A DNA stretch of 64,000 nt from an uncultured bacterium (lineage in GTDB: Bacteria > Babelota > Babeliae > Babelales > Babelaceae). A program made the translations under genes and the position numbers. The notes below the pieces were generated by a model. The model saw only the letters and a program-made list of their open reading frames with translations. It did no database searches and was not told the DNA's origin. Of this stretch, positions 19,872 through 29,671 are shown piece by piece (within the stretch, counting starts at the first letter, position 1; each line of letters begins with the position of its first letter). Location of the stretch: NCBI GenBank assembly GCA_963848965.1, contig CAWKFG010000004.1:96001-160000 (forward strand), given 5' to 3'.

Positions 19872-21014
19872 ATGAGGGGGGAAATGATGGTACTGAAGTA
19901 TGTGTGTGCACTAACGTGCACGTTAGTCATTTGTGTAATAGAAGCAAAAGAAAGTTTTATTGTAGGAGGATGGATTCCTTACTGGAGAGCAGCTGATGGA
20001 ATTCAATCAGTTAAAAGCCATATCTCATATTTAAACGAGCTTAGTCCATTTTCATACGAAGTTGATAAAAAGGGTATGATTACAGATCCCTTTGCACGAA
20101 AGCAAAAAGAGTGGGACGAGTTTTTTGAGCACTGTAGACAAAAAAAACTTAAGCTTATTCCTTCTATTTTTTGGAAAGATACAGAAGCAATGCACGCAAT
20201 TCTATCAAATAAAGCTGCTCGTCAAGCTCATATAAACCATATACTAGAAAAAATTACGGCAAAAAAGTTTAAAGGAGTTAACCTTAACTATGAACGAGTC
20301 AGCGGACAGGACAGGAATGCGTTTCTTGATTTTGTACAAGAGCTTTCTAGAAGACTCCATGCTAAAGGTTTAGAGCTCCATTTTACTATTGAAGGACGAA
20401 CAAGCGATAGAACATTTAGCCTTATTCGTAATAAAGAAGCTCATGACTCGCTTGGTGGTGCAACTAATCCTGCTCGAGATCTACCTAATCATCGCTATAA
20501 AACAATACTCTCTCATTGTTGCGATAGAGTTATTGTGATGGCCTATGATGAATGGGGAGAGGCTTATCGTTATAATTCAGCAAACCTAAAAAACAAATAC
20601 TATTTGTCACACTCATCAAAGCAGTGGATCGAGCAGATACTCAAATATATGCGTACTTTTATTCCTGCACGCAAACTCGTTCTGGGTATTCCAACTTACG
20701 GCCTTGAATTTGCCATTGCAATGAACGGTAAAACACTTGAGTTTAGAAAGACAAAAAGTCCTTCCTATATACGAGCAGTTGAACTAGCTCAAGAGCATAG
20801 ACGCAAGCCACGACGCACTGAAGGTGGCGAACTTTCGTTTACCTATCCTTGTGAAGGTGAAGAACGGTATATATGCTATCCTGATAGCACGTTTATAAAA
20901 GATCGTATAACGCTTGCTAAAAAGTGTGGCCTTAAAGGTATCTATCTCTTTAAGCTTGATGGAGCTGAAGACAAAAGAATGTGGCCTTATTTACGAGTTG
21001 CTCTTAAGTCTTAG
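19872..21014 (+). CDS. Glycoside hydrolase family 18 protein
   Basis: ELSPFSYEV, FKGVNLNYE (DxDxE position), VMAYDE and KLVLGIPTYG motifs; signal peptide. Confidence 0.85.
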   Translation: MRGEMMVLKYVCALTCTLVICVIEAKESFIVGGWIPYWRAADGIQSVKSHISYLNELSPFSYEVDKKGMITDPFARKQKEWDEFFEHCRQKKLKLIPSIFWKDTEAMHAILSNKAARQAHINHILEKITAKKFKGVNLNYERVSGQDRNAFLDFVQELSRRLHAKGLELHFTIEGRTSDRTFSLIRNKEAHDSLGGATNPARDLPNHRYKTILSHCCDRVIVMAYDEWGEAYRYNSANLKNKYYLSHSSKQWIEQILKYMRTFIPARKLVLGIPTYGLEFAIAMNGKTLEFRKTKSPSYIRAVELAQEHRRKPRRTEGGELSFTYPCEGEERYICYPDSTFIKDRITLAKKCGLKGIYLFKLDGAEDKRMWPYLRVALKS

Positions 21015-23658
21015 TTTTTATATATTCTTTGAGCCGCCAAAGTACATCAAGAGCTTGTTTAGCAGTTAAATGTTCACAATCAAGCTGTGCAATCTCTGCT
21101 GCAAGCATACGTTCAGGCCCAGATTCTTGTTCTCGCTGGCTAATATAAGCTTCAAGCTCGCGCTTACGTTGCTCAAGTTCACTACATTTAGCTGCAAGAA
21201 CTTGAATATCTGATGAACTAGATGGAACATGGTAAAAATTGTGCCCTTCTTGGCTTAAGTTACTTAAAATCTCATGTGCACGCTGAAGAACGTGAGATGG
21301 CAACTGTGCTACTTTAGCAACTTCTAAACCAAAACTTCCGTCAGCAGTACCCTGTAAAATTCTATGTAAAAGAACAATACCAGAAGCAGTTCTTGTACTC
21401 GCTGCATAATAAGAAGCAATGCCAGGAAACTGTTCTGATAATGCTGTAAGCTCATGATAATGCGTTGCAAAAAGGCATCGTGCTTTAACGTTGGTATAGA
21501 TATACTCAACAACTGCTTGCGCAATAGCAAGACCATCAAACGTACTTGTTCCACGTCCTACCTCATCAAGAATAACTAAACTCTGATGAGTAGCTTGATT
21601 ACAAATAAGCGCCGTTTCTTCCATCTCTACTAAGAAAGTACTTTTTCCTTCAGCAACGTTATCTGCAGCACCTATACGAGTAAATATTCTATCGACCAAA
21701 GAGATATCTGCCTTTTTTGCAGGAACAAAGACACCCATATGCGCCATAAGCGTAATAAGAGCAACCTGACGCAAGAAGGTCGATTTACCACCCATGTTAG
21801 GCCCTGTAATAAGCCACAACGATTCCTTTTCTGAAAGTGAAACATTATTAGGAACAAATTTACTTTGCAACCTTATTTCAACAACTGGATGTCTTCCTTC
21901 TACTATAAGCAACTCATTACGATCATTGAATGTTGGTCGTGTATACCCTTGAGAGTAAGAGACATGTGCTAACGCAGCAAGTGCATCTATATAAGAAAGA
22001 GCTTGAGAAAGCCGTTTTAATATACCTACAAAAGATTCTACTTTCTGTTTGATTGTCTCGAAAACGTCTTTTTCAATTTCAGTAATTTCAGTGCGCGCTC
22101 TCATAAGGTCATATTCAAGATCACGAAGCTCCTGCGTGGTAAATCGCTCTCGATTTACTAATGTTTGGGTACGCATATAATGTGCTGGTACCAGATGCAA
22201 ATTTGCCTTAGTAACTTCTATACCATAGCCATGAGCACCATTAAACTTAATTTTAAGAGAATTGATGCCTGTTGCTTCTTGCTCTTTCCTTTCTAACATA
22301 ACAACTGCTTGAGCACCTTCTTCAACAAGCTTTCTGAGTCTATCAAGCTCACCATTATAGCCAGTTTTAACAAGCCACTCTTTTGTTGTATCATCATTAA
22401 TTGAGACCTGTAAAAAATCACACAGCTCTTTAAAGTCTGCTATTTTAGATCGTACAATACCAAGTAATGAACTAGTAGGCTGTGCATCAAGAAGCTGCGC
22501 TACTTCAGGCACCACCGTAAGCGCTCGCAATAGAGAAAGATAATCATGAACGGTTGCTCTACGTAATGCGATACGCCCTACAACACGTTCTATATCACCT
22601 ATTTCTTGAATAACTTTCCGTAGTTGTTCTTGTAATCCTATATCTTTTACCAAAGTTTCTACAGCATCGAGACGCTGCTCAATAAGTTCCTGTTTTATCA
22701 ATGGTCGCAAAATCCATTTTTTTACAGTACGAGAACCCATAGACGTTACTGCTTTGTCTAAAACAGCAAAAAGCGTATGTGAAGCACTACCATCTTGGCT
22801 ATTTTTCACAAGCTCTAAATTACGTTGAGTAGCAGCATCAAGCATAAGAAAATCTTCTTGTTGATAAGCAAAAAGCTGCTTAAGATGCATAAGACCGCGA
22901 TCATTATTGCGCTTAAGATAGGTATACAGCATAGTAATACCAAAGCCTACTGCATCTGAAGAATCAACAACAAGTGGTGATTGTGGAAACTGCTCTTTAA
23001 ACCATGCAAATGCATGATCTAAAGAATTATCTCCATGAGGATTAAACTTTTCTAAAGACAATGCAAAACCATGACGCTGAAGATGTAATGCAAAGCTATG
23101 TCCTGCCTTTGTATCAGGAAGAATAACTTCGTCTGGCATAAATCTACTTAACTCTGCTTCCAACAATGAAAGTGAAGTATCACGTAAAGATGTTACAAAA
23201 AGCTGCCCTGTAAGCAATTCTGCAAAAAGCAATGCCCACTTATGTTCTGTAGGAAAGAATGCACATAAATAAGATGCTGATTTCTCATCTAAAAGTTTAA
23301 TATCAGTAAGAGTTCCAGGCGTTAACACTTGTGTTACACCACGCTCAACAACCTTGCCCGCTTTTGCAGGCTCAAGTTGGTCACAGATTGCTACTTTAAA
23401 GCCGCCTTTGACAAGCTTTGTAAGATAATGATCAAGAACATGCACGGGAACACCGCACAATGGAATTGGCTGCCCTTGGGGCGTAGTTCCTCGTTGAGTA
23501 AGCGTAATACCTAAAAATGAAGACGCTTTTTGCGCATCTTCAAAGAACAGTTCATAAAAGTCTCCTACTTGAAAAAGCAAAAGTGTATCTGGATGTCTTT
23601 GCTTAATCTCGTGATATTGTCGCATAAGCGGAGAAAGATTTAATTTATCTGAACTCAT
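21004..23658 (-). CDS. mutS: DNA mismatch repair protein MutS
   Basis: PLMRQY, GDFYELFFEDA, TGPNMGGKST, STFLVEM and DEVGRGTST motifs. Confidence 0.98.
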   Translation of the reverse strand: MSSDKLNLSPLMRQYHEIKQRHPDTLLLFQVGDFYELFFEDAQKASSFLGITLTQRGTTPQGQPIPLCGVPVHVLDHYLTKLVKGGFKVAICDQLEPAKAGKVVERGVTQVLTPGTLTDIKLLDEKSASYLCAFFPTEHKWALLFAELLTGQLFVTSLRDTSLSLLEAELSRFMPDEVILPDTKAGHSFALHLQRHGFALSLEKFNPHGDNSLDHAFAWFKEQFPQSPLVVDSSDAVGFGITMLYTYLKRNNDRGLMHLKQLFAYQQEDFLMLDAATQRNLELVKNSQDGSASHTLFAVLDKAVTSMGSRTVKKWILRPLIKQELIEQRLDAVETLVKDIGLQEQLRKVIQEIGDIERVVGRIALRRATVHDYLSLLRALTVVPEVAQLLDAQPTSSLLGIVRSKIADFKELCDFLQVSINDDTTKEWLVKTGYNGELDRLRKLVEEGAQAVVMLERKEQEATGINSLKIKFNGAHGYGIEVTKANLHLVPAHYMRTQTLVNRERFTTQELRDLEYDLMRARTEITEIEKDVFETIKQKVESFVGILKRLSQALSYIDALAALAHVSYSQGYTRPTFNDRNELLIVEGRHPVVEIRLQSKFVPNNVSLSEKESLWLITGPNMGGKSTFLRQVALITLMAHMGVFVPAKKADISLVDRIFTRIGAADNVAEGKSTFLVEMEETALICNQATHQSLVILDEVGRGTSTFDGLAIAQAVVEYIYTNVKARCLFATHYHELTALSEQFPGIASYYAASTRTASGIVLLHRILQGTADGSFGLEVAKVAQLPSHVLQRAHEILSNLSQEGHNFYHVPSSSSDIQVLAAKCSELEQRKRELEAYISQREQESGPERMLAAEIAQLDCEHLTAKQALDVLWRLKEYIKTKT

Positions 23659-23825
23659 AATTTTATACTATCTGTGTGCATGGTTATTTTTTTTATTGTA
23701 CCATATATCACCGTTTTTGCTAAGCACAAAATAGAAGCATAGAGTATCACTATAAACAATAGCACGTTACTACAGGTTCAAAAGGTAAAACTGATTGCCA
23801 AATATCAAATCAGGATCGACATAAA

Positions 23826-23853
23826 TTGACAAACTTTAAATAATGACTATACT
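23826..23853 (+). promoter_or_regulatory. sigma70-type promoter
   Basis: TTGACA-16 nt-TATACT upstream of 23896. Confidence 0.5.
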
Positions 23854-23895
23854 AAGAATTAAAAAATATAACCATTCTTTACGTATACGATATCA

Positions 23896-26800
23896 ATGAC
23901 CATGCAACGCTTTTTTTACCATTTTGTAATATGTTTATATGTGAGCTTTACAAGCTCTTTTTTATTCTCTATGCAAGCACCAGAAACAAGTATCTTTGAT
24001 GCACTTATTCCGCTTACTATAGAGAGTTATCATCATATAGTACCTCTAAAAGATGTGCTTAAGCATATTACTACCTATCAAAAAGTATCTCTTAACGGAA
24101 TAGATAAAATATCAGGGTTTCATTACTATGGACATCTTAATCCTTACATAGAGCATATGTTTGATGGAACTCTTATTAAAATTAATAGTCGATTCTGGAT
24201 CTTTACTTATGATGATATTAAACAATTTCATACTGGCTATATAATCTATCAAGGAAAAGTATATCAGCAGCCAAAAAGTTTCTTTCCTTCCTCATGGACC
24301 TTAAGTCAAGTTGCTACCTATATACAAGAATTAGCACAAGAAGGAGTTTGCCAAAGCAAGAGAGCACAAGAAACAGAACACACTTATTCTCTTATTATTA
24401 AACCTTCTTCAACAGATACTCTGCAGATTCCTCTTAAAGTAGCTCTTCATGCTTCTCTACCTGCGCATATTCTTACTATTTACCCTATTTTAAAAGAAAC
24501 AAAAAGAGTAGTTTTAAGCAATTTAGAGACGTTAGCAGTACAGCAAAAAGCAGCATATTCTATTGCTAAGAGCACCGCACCTAAAAGTACTTCAAATTTA
24601 CTTGAAGCTCTTTTAACACCATCGCACTCACTTTTTTCAGTTTTAGCATTACTTGAAGAATCTGATATACATGCCAAAAATGAAAAAGGACAAACTCCTT
24701 TAATGCTTGCAGCTCAAGCTGGCAACTGTGATCTTATTACCCTATTGCTAGAGCAAGAAGCAACTATAGAAGTCCAAGATATACTTGGTAATACAGCCTT
24801 GCACTATGCTATTGATTCTGGGATTTATGAAGCCGTATTAGGACTAGCACGACAAGTTATCATTAATAAAGCTAATAATCAAGGAGTAACCCCCCTCATT
24901 CGCGCATTACAAAGAAAGCAGTACGATATCGCTGAGTTACTGCTTTATCTTGGCGCTGAAGTTACCAGCACTGATACCTCTGGCTACACTCCTCTTATAC
25001 ATGCAGTTACGCATCATCATCTTACTCGACAAGAAACTCAAGCATGTATACCATTTATTGAAGCTTTAATAAAAAAAGGTGGCACTATAAATGCGCAAGA
25101 TAACGATGGTTCTACTGCTCTTATGCATGCTATAGCTCATCATAATACTATTCTTGCAAAATATCTGCTACAAAACCAAGCAGATTACAGGACTGTTAAA
25201 AACCAGCGAGAAGAAACTGCCTATACGCTAGCTGTTAACACTCATTTTCAAGAAATAATTTCTCTTATAGATCAGAAAGAGAACGAAAGGAAGATGGTAG
25301 CAGAACGTAAAGAACAACAAAAAAAGCAACGGGAATCTTTGCAGGCAATAAAATCAGAGATTATTAAAGATATGCTTTCTTCTTCATCGTTAAAACTACT
25401 ACCTTCTATAGACCAAGAACTCCTCAATAAAATGTTTTTATTTGCAGTAAAAGAGAATAAAGGCAAAGTTATAGAACAACTTCTTGTAAAGCTCAAAGAC
25501 TTTCTAAAGCCAGAAACCTATCACGAAGCATTGAGTCTTACTTTTACTCATAATGTAAGCATTTTTTCAACGCTTATACAGCACATGTCTTTAAAGAAAG
25601 AGCTCGCTGAAGAGTGGTTTCTAAAACTCTTAGAAGCTCACTACAAAGAACAAAAATGTAACTATAGCACTCTCCTTGCATTCTTAAGTACCAATCATCC
25701 CTCTGTTCTTACAAAAGCACTCCAAGCACAAGATTATCATAACTATCTCTTAAAATTTGTAGAACAGCGTATTGTACCATTTTCTCATACTCAAGCTGGC
25801 GAATTCCTTTTAGAAGCAGTACGTCACAATGCAGGCTCTCTTATTGAAAAGCTTCTTGCTGTTTATCCATCTGTCTTACCATATAAAAATGGTAAAGGAC
25901 AGAATGCTCTTATGATTGCAGCTCAAGCAGATCATCCTTCACTTATTACTGCTCTTTATAGAAAAGGATTACAGCTTCATGAGCAAGATAATTCAGGCAA
26001 AACTGCTATAAACTATGCCCCTGCAGGTAGTAGTGCTTTAAAAGAAATACAAACGCTTTGTACTCAAGAAGAGCGTGAAGAGCAAGAAAAGCAAAAAGTT
26101 AGACTTTTACAAGAACGTAAAAGCAAAATCGAAGAGCTACAACGACAAGGTTATTCATCTTTAATGATTGCAGCCTATTATAATGATGTCGATACCATTG
26201 AAAGAGATAAAATCACCAACATCAATAGTACGACTTCTAAAGGTATAACAGCAGTAATGGTTGCAATTGAGCGTAATAATAGAGAGGCCCTTGATGCTCT
26301 TTTTGCTAAACCCGGCCTTCTTATTAATGCACAAGATAAAACAGGAATGACTGCCCTTATGTATGCTGTAAAAAACAATAATGCTTCGCTTGTAGAAAAG
26401 CTTTTTGCTCAAGGAGCTTCAGCATTTATCCGTAACCAAACAGGCAAACAAGTATTCACCCTTACTAAAAGCATCTCAAGTAGTGTACAAAAACTGCTCG
26501 AAACATATGGGGCTCAAGAGCTTATGGCGCATCTAGCACCCGTATTTGATGCAACCGAAGAAGCTATTGTTGTTATGTTAGACGAAATTGATAAAAAAGT
26601 GCACTTTAATCAGCTTTCTTGTAAACTAAAAGCACATATTGCGAGTCTTCTCATACAGAAAAATGATTCAAAAGTGCTGAAATATTTTTTAAGAAAAGCA
26701 GCTCTTACCATAGACGATCTTATACACAATATGCCATTTAATCCTCTTGTTTACGCAGCAGATCGTTTAGACAGAGCTATGCTCTCTGTTTTTCTTACGC

Positions 26801-28305
26801 ATGCCGTGCACAATGGTAAAGAAGGCCCTGTAATAACAATGAATAGGTATCTTGATCAGCTTTTTTTTACTATACCAGCGTATTTCTCAAATATAGTTGC
26901 TTTCTGTAGACAGGGCATCGAGGAGGCCCATCTTCAGCGCCATCGGCCTCATACCACATTTGACATGGCTCTTAAATTACATGATTTCTTACCATTAATT
27001 GTACACTTTTACCTAGAAAGTAAATTTGAGGATATGAAAAAACTTATTACGATAATAAAACCGAAAGTAGATACTATTATCGTAGGCTATAACAACGGCA
27101 CTTCGTTACTCTTACATGCAATACTTCAGGGCGTAGATAATAACCTTATTACATTCTTGCTTAATTATACAGAAAACATAAATCATACAGACAACAAGGG
27201 CAATACTCCTCTTTTAGCTGCGTGTCTTCAAAATAAGCCTAATGCAGAGCTTGTACAACTTCTTATAGACCATAAAGCAGATGTTAATGCTTATAGTACC
27301 GAAGGGGCTTCTCCTTTGATGGCTGCCATCAGAAAAGGTCATTATGATATTGCAAAAATGCTTATTAAGGCTGGCGCTTCTGTCAATAAAAAGGAATATA
27401 TATCGACAGCGCCACTTCCTCTTGCTTGTGAATCTGGCAACATAGATATGGTAAAACTTCTTCTTGAGCATAACATTGATGTAAATCAAGCACCCCAAAG
27501 AGGAGACAGCGCTCTTATAAAGGTTTGCGCTACAAAAGATGCACAAATAGCACGACTTCTTATTGCACATAATGCTGATGTCAATAAACAAAATTCCACA
27601 GGTCTTACAGCACTAGCAATTGCAAGTAACAAGGGCTCTCTTACACTAGTAAAAATGCTGCTTGATGCAGGTGCAGACCCTAATATACAAAACCATTACG
27701 GAGAAACTGCGCTTGCTGCTGCTATAACACACATAAGACCAGAAACAGTAAATATAATTAAGCTTTTGCTTGAACATGGAGCTAATCCTAATAAAGAAGG
27801 TACTTTAGGGCATACTCCGCTTTTTGCAGCAGTACGCAATAATTGTGCTCAAGCCGCGCAGCTTCTACTTAATGCTAAAGCAGATGTTAATCATCAAGAT
27901 AAAGAAGGCTCTACTGCTCTTTTGGAAGCATGTAATATGGGTCATAAAGAACTCGTAAAAGTTCTTCTTGAACATAATGCTGACGTTAATACTGTATCTT
28001 ATGTTCAACGAATATCTCCTCTTATAGCAGCTTGTTCACCTGGAGGCTCATTTGTTCAACCTAATGAACAAAGTCAGGCAGGCAATTATAGCATTACAGA
28101 ACCCTTGAAAGAGAGTGCTAGCACTAAACAGAACAAAAAAGAGATTATAGAGATGCTTCTTGCTGTACCAGGAATTAATGTAGCATACGAAATGAGACCT
28201 GGATCTGGATATAATGCTCTTAAATTAGCACAAATGTGGAGTAATAAAGATGCAGTTAAACTCATAAAAGCTTATATGAGTAAAGCACAACAGCAAAAGA
28301 AATAG
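23896..28305 (+). CDS. Large secreted protein: N-terminal bacterial EndoU-like nuclease plus many ankyrin repeats
   Basis: Signal peptide; KHI...SGFH...PKSFFPSSWT...TIYP pattern; numerous G.TPL/G.TAL ankyrin repeats. Confidence 0.85.
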   Translation: MTMQRFFYHFVICLYVSFTSSFLFSMQAPETSIFDALIPLTIESYHHIVPLKDVLKHITTYQKVSLNGIDKISGFHYYGHLNPYIEHMFDGTLIKINSRFWIFTYDDIKQFHTGYIIYQGKVYQQPKSFFPSSWTLSQVATYIQELAQEGVCQSKRAQETEHTYSLIIKPSSTDTLQIPLKVALHASLPAHILTIYPILKETKRVVLSNLETLAVQQKAAYSIAKSTAPKSTSNLLEALLTPSHSLFSVLALLEESDIHAKNEKGQTPLMLAAQAGNCDLITLLLEQEATIEVQDILGNTALHYAIDSGIYEAVLGLARQVIINKANNQGVTPLIRALQRKQYDIAELLLYLGAEVTSTDTSGYTPLIHAVTHHHLTRQETQACIPFIEALIKKGGTINAQDNDGSTALMHAIAHHNTILAKYLLQNQADYRTVKNQREETAYTLAVNTHFQEIISLIDQKENERKMVAERKEQQKKQRESLQAIKSEIIKDMLSSSSLKLLPSIDQELLNKMFLFAVKENKGKVIEQLLVKLKDFLKPETYHEALSLTFTHNVSIFSTLIQHMSLKKELAEEWFLKLLEAHYKEQKCNYSTLLAFLSTNHPSVLTKALQAQDYHNYLLKFVEQRIVPFSHTQAGEFLLEAVRHNAGSLIEKLLAVYPSVLPYKNGKGQNALMIAAQADHPSLITALYRKGLQLHEQDNSGKTAINYAPAGSSALKEIQTLCTQEEREEQEKQKVRLLQERKSKIEELQRQGYSSLMIAAYYNDVDTIERDKITNINSTTSKGITAVMVAIERNNREALDALFAKPGLLINAQDKTGMTALMYAVKNNNASLVEKLFAQGASAFIRNQTGKQVFTLTKSISSSVQKLLETYGAQELMAHLAPVFDATEEAIVVMLDEIDKKVHFNQLSCKLKAHIASLLIQKNDSKVLKYFLRKAALTIDDLIHNMPFNPLVYAADRLDRAMLSVFLTHAVHNGKEGPVITMNRYLDQLFFTIPAYFSNIVAFCRQGIEEAHLQRHRPHTTFDMALKLHDFLPLIVHFYLESKFEDMKKLITIIKPKVDTIIVGYNNGTSLLLHAILQGVDNNLITFLLNYTENINHTDNKGNTPLLAACLQNKPNAELVQLLIDHKADVNAYSTEGASPLMAAIRKGHYDIAKMLIKAGASVNKKEYISTAPLPLACESGNIDMVKLLLEHNIDVNQAPQRGDSALIKVCATKDAQIARLLIAHNADVNKQNSTGLTALAIASNKGSLTLVKMLLDAGADPNIQNHYGETALAAAITHIRPETVNIIKLLLEHGANPNKEGTLGHTPLFAAVRNNCAQAAQLLLNAKADVNHQDKEGSTALLEACNMGHKELVKVLLEHNADVNTVSYVQRISPLIAACSPGGSFVQPNEQSQAGNYSITEPLKESASTKQNKKEIIEMLLAVPGINVAYEMRPGSGYNALKLAQMWSNKDAVKLIKAYMSKAQQQKK

Positions 28306-28306
28306 C

Positions 28307-29506
28307 TCAAAGCAACCTTTGAGCATTATCTTGTAGCTTTTTCAGTACATATAGTACTTGTTTTCGCTCTTCTTCTGTAACGTTTTGAAGTACTTTGTTC
28401 TCTACAACTTCATGAATAGGCCAGAGATGGCTAAGCATTTGTTCACCTTGCACAGTTATTTCAAGCACATCCTGCTGTTGAGTTACATAACCAGAGCCTA
28501 TAAGAGGTTCTGCAACTTTGTTCATATGCTCTCGTGTAGTACCAAACTCTTTACTTAATGTAGTTATGCTCTCTTTTCGATCACACGTAAGCATCATAAG
28601 TACTATAAGTTGTGTACTAGTAAGTGGAGAAACTTTCTTTAAATGATGGTCAAAGACACTTCTTACTAAATGAAGCGTTACTCCAAGCTCTCGCATAAAT
28701 GCACTTTGAATGTAGTGAGTAAGCATAGTGAGCACATGCTTTAATTTTAACTCATAGAGGCTAATGCCTGTAAATACTCCAACATTGAGCGATTCTACAA
28801 GGCCTCCCATAGGAACCTGAATAGTCATATCAGCTTCATTCATGAGTTCTGGAGAAACTCCTTCAGTTTCATTGCCTACGACAAGTGCAAGCGGTCTTTG
28901 AGGGAGTATACATTGTGATTGAATTGTTGGAGCTTCGGGACTTGTGGCAACTATATAAAAATTCTGAGCGCGCAGATACGCTACAGCCTCTTGAACAGAA
29001 TCACAAAGCGTAAATTTCATTTTAAATACATAGGCTCGCGAAGCCTCAATAACTTTTTTATAATAAGGATCAAAATCTTTATGAGTTGTCACAATATCAT
29101 AGATATTAAAAGCTGCAGCTGTTCGCATAATAGTTCCAATATTACCATGATCAAGTACCCTATCTAGCAATAGAGCAAAAGGACCCATAGTTCCATAAGT
29201 ATTAATATTTGTTATCGATGCCACTGCTATACACGATACAAGATAGGAAGTATCACTCACCTTTTTAAGTATACCTTCTGTTACTGCATGACAAGGAATG
29301 TTTTCTTGCATAAGCTCTGCAATAAAGGGAGACTCTCCTTCTTGAGGAGCATACAACACGTAATCAAAATGAGCACCTGCAATCCTTGCAAGCTCAATTA
29401 TACGAGCTTCTAATAGTAAAACTTTTTTATGAAGCATTCTTCCAGCTCCCGAAGAAAGCTCACGAGCAAGCACAATAAGAGGATGTTTAATCGAATCAAT
29501 AATCAT
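28307..29506 (-). CDS. TrmH/SpoU RNA methyltransferase fused to a C-terminal MarR-like winged helix
   Basis: DHGNIGTIMRTA, VVGNETEGVS and VESLNVGV SPOUT motifs; C-terminal LTSTQLIVL...L..SGYV...ITVQG. Confidence 0.85.
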   Translation of the reverse strand: MIIDSIKHPLIVLARELSSGAGRMLHKKVLLLEARIIELARIAGAHFDYVLYAPQEGESPFIAELMQENIPCHAVTEGILKKVSDTSYLVSCIAVASITNINTYGTMGPFALLLDRVLDHGNIGTIMRTAAAFNIYDIVTTHKDFDPYYKKVIEASRAYVFKMKFTLCDSVQEAVAYLRAQNFYIVATSPEAPTIQSQCILPQRPLALVVGNETEGVSPELMNEADMTIQVPMGGLVESLNVGVFTGISLYELKLKHVLTMLTHYIQSAFMRELGVTLHLVRSVFDHHLKKVSPLTSTQLIVLMMLTCDRKESITTLSKEFGTTREHMNKVAEPLIGSGYVTQQQDVLEITVQGEQMLSHLWPIHEVVENKVLQNVTEEERKQVLYVLKKLQDNAQRLL

Positions 29507-29671
29507 AGAATTACTCAGCTAAGATACTTTATCCAGTATACGTTTTATTATTCATACTAGTTTTATCATAGAAAATCTAACTAATCTAGAAGCATTGCTT
29601 ACGTACCCCAGTTTGAAGTTATACAGAAATCTAGGGTCCTGGGCTCATGCAATTGCACTTACTATGGCACA

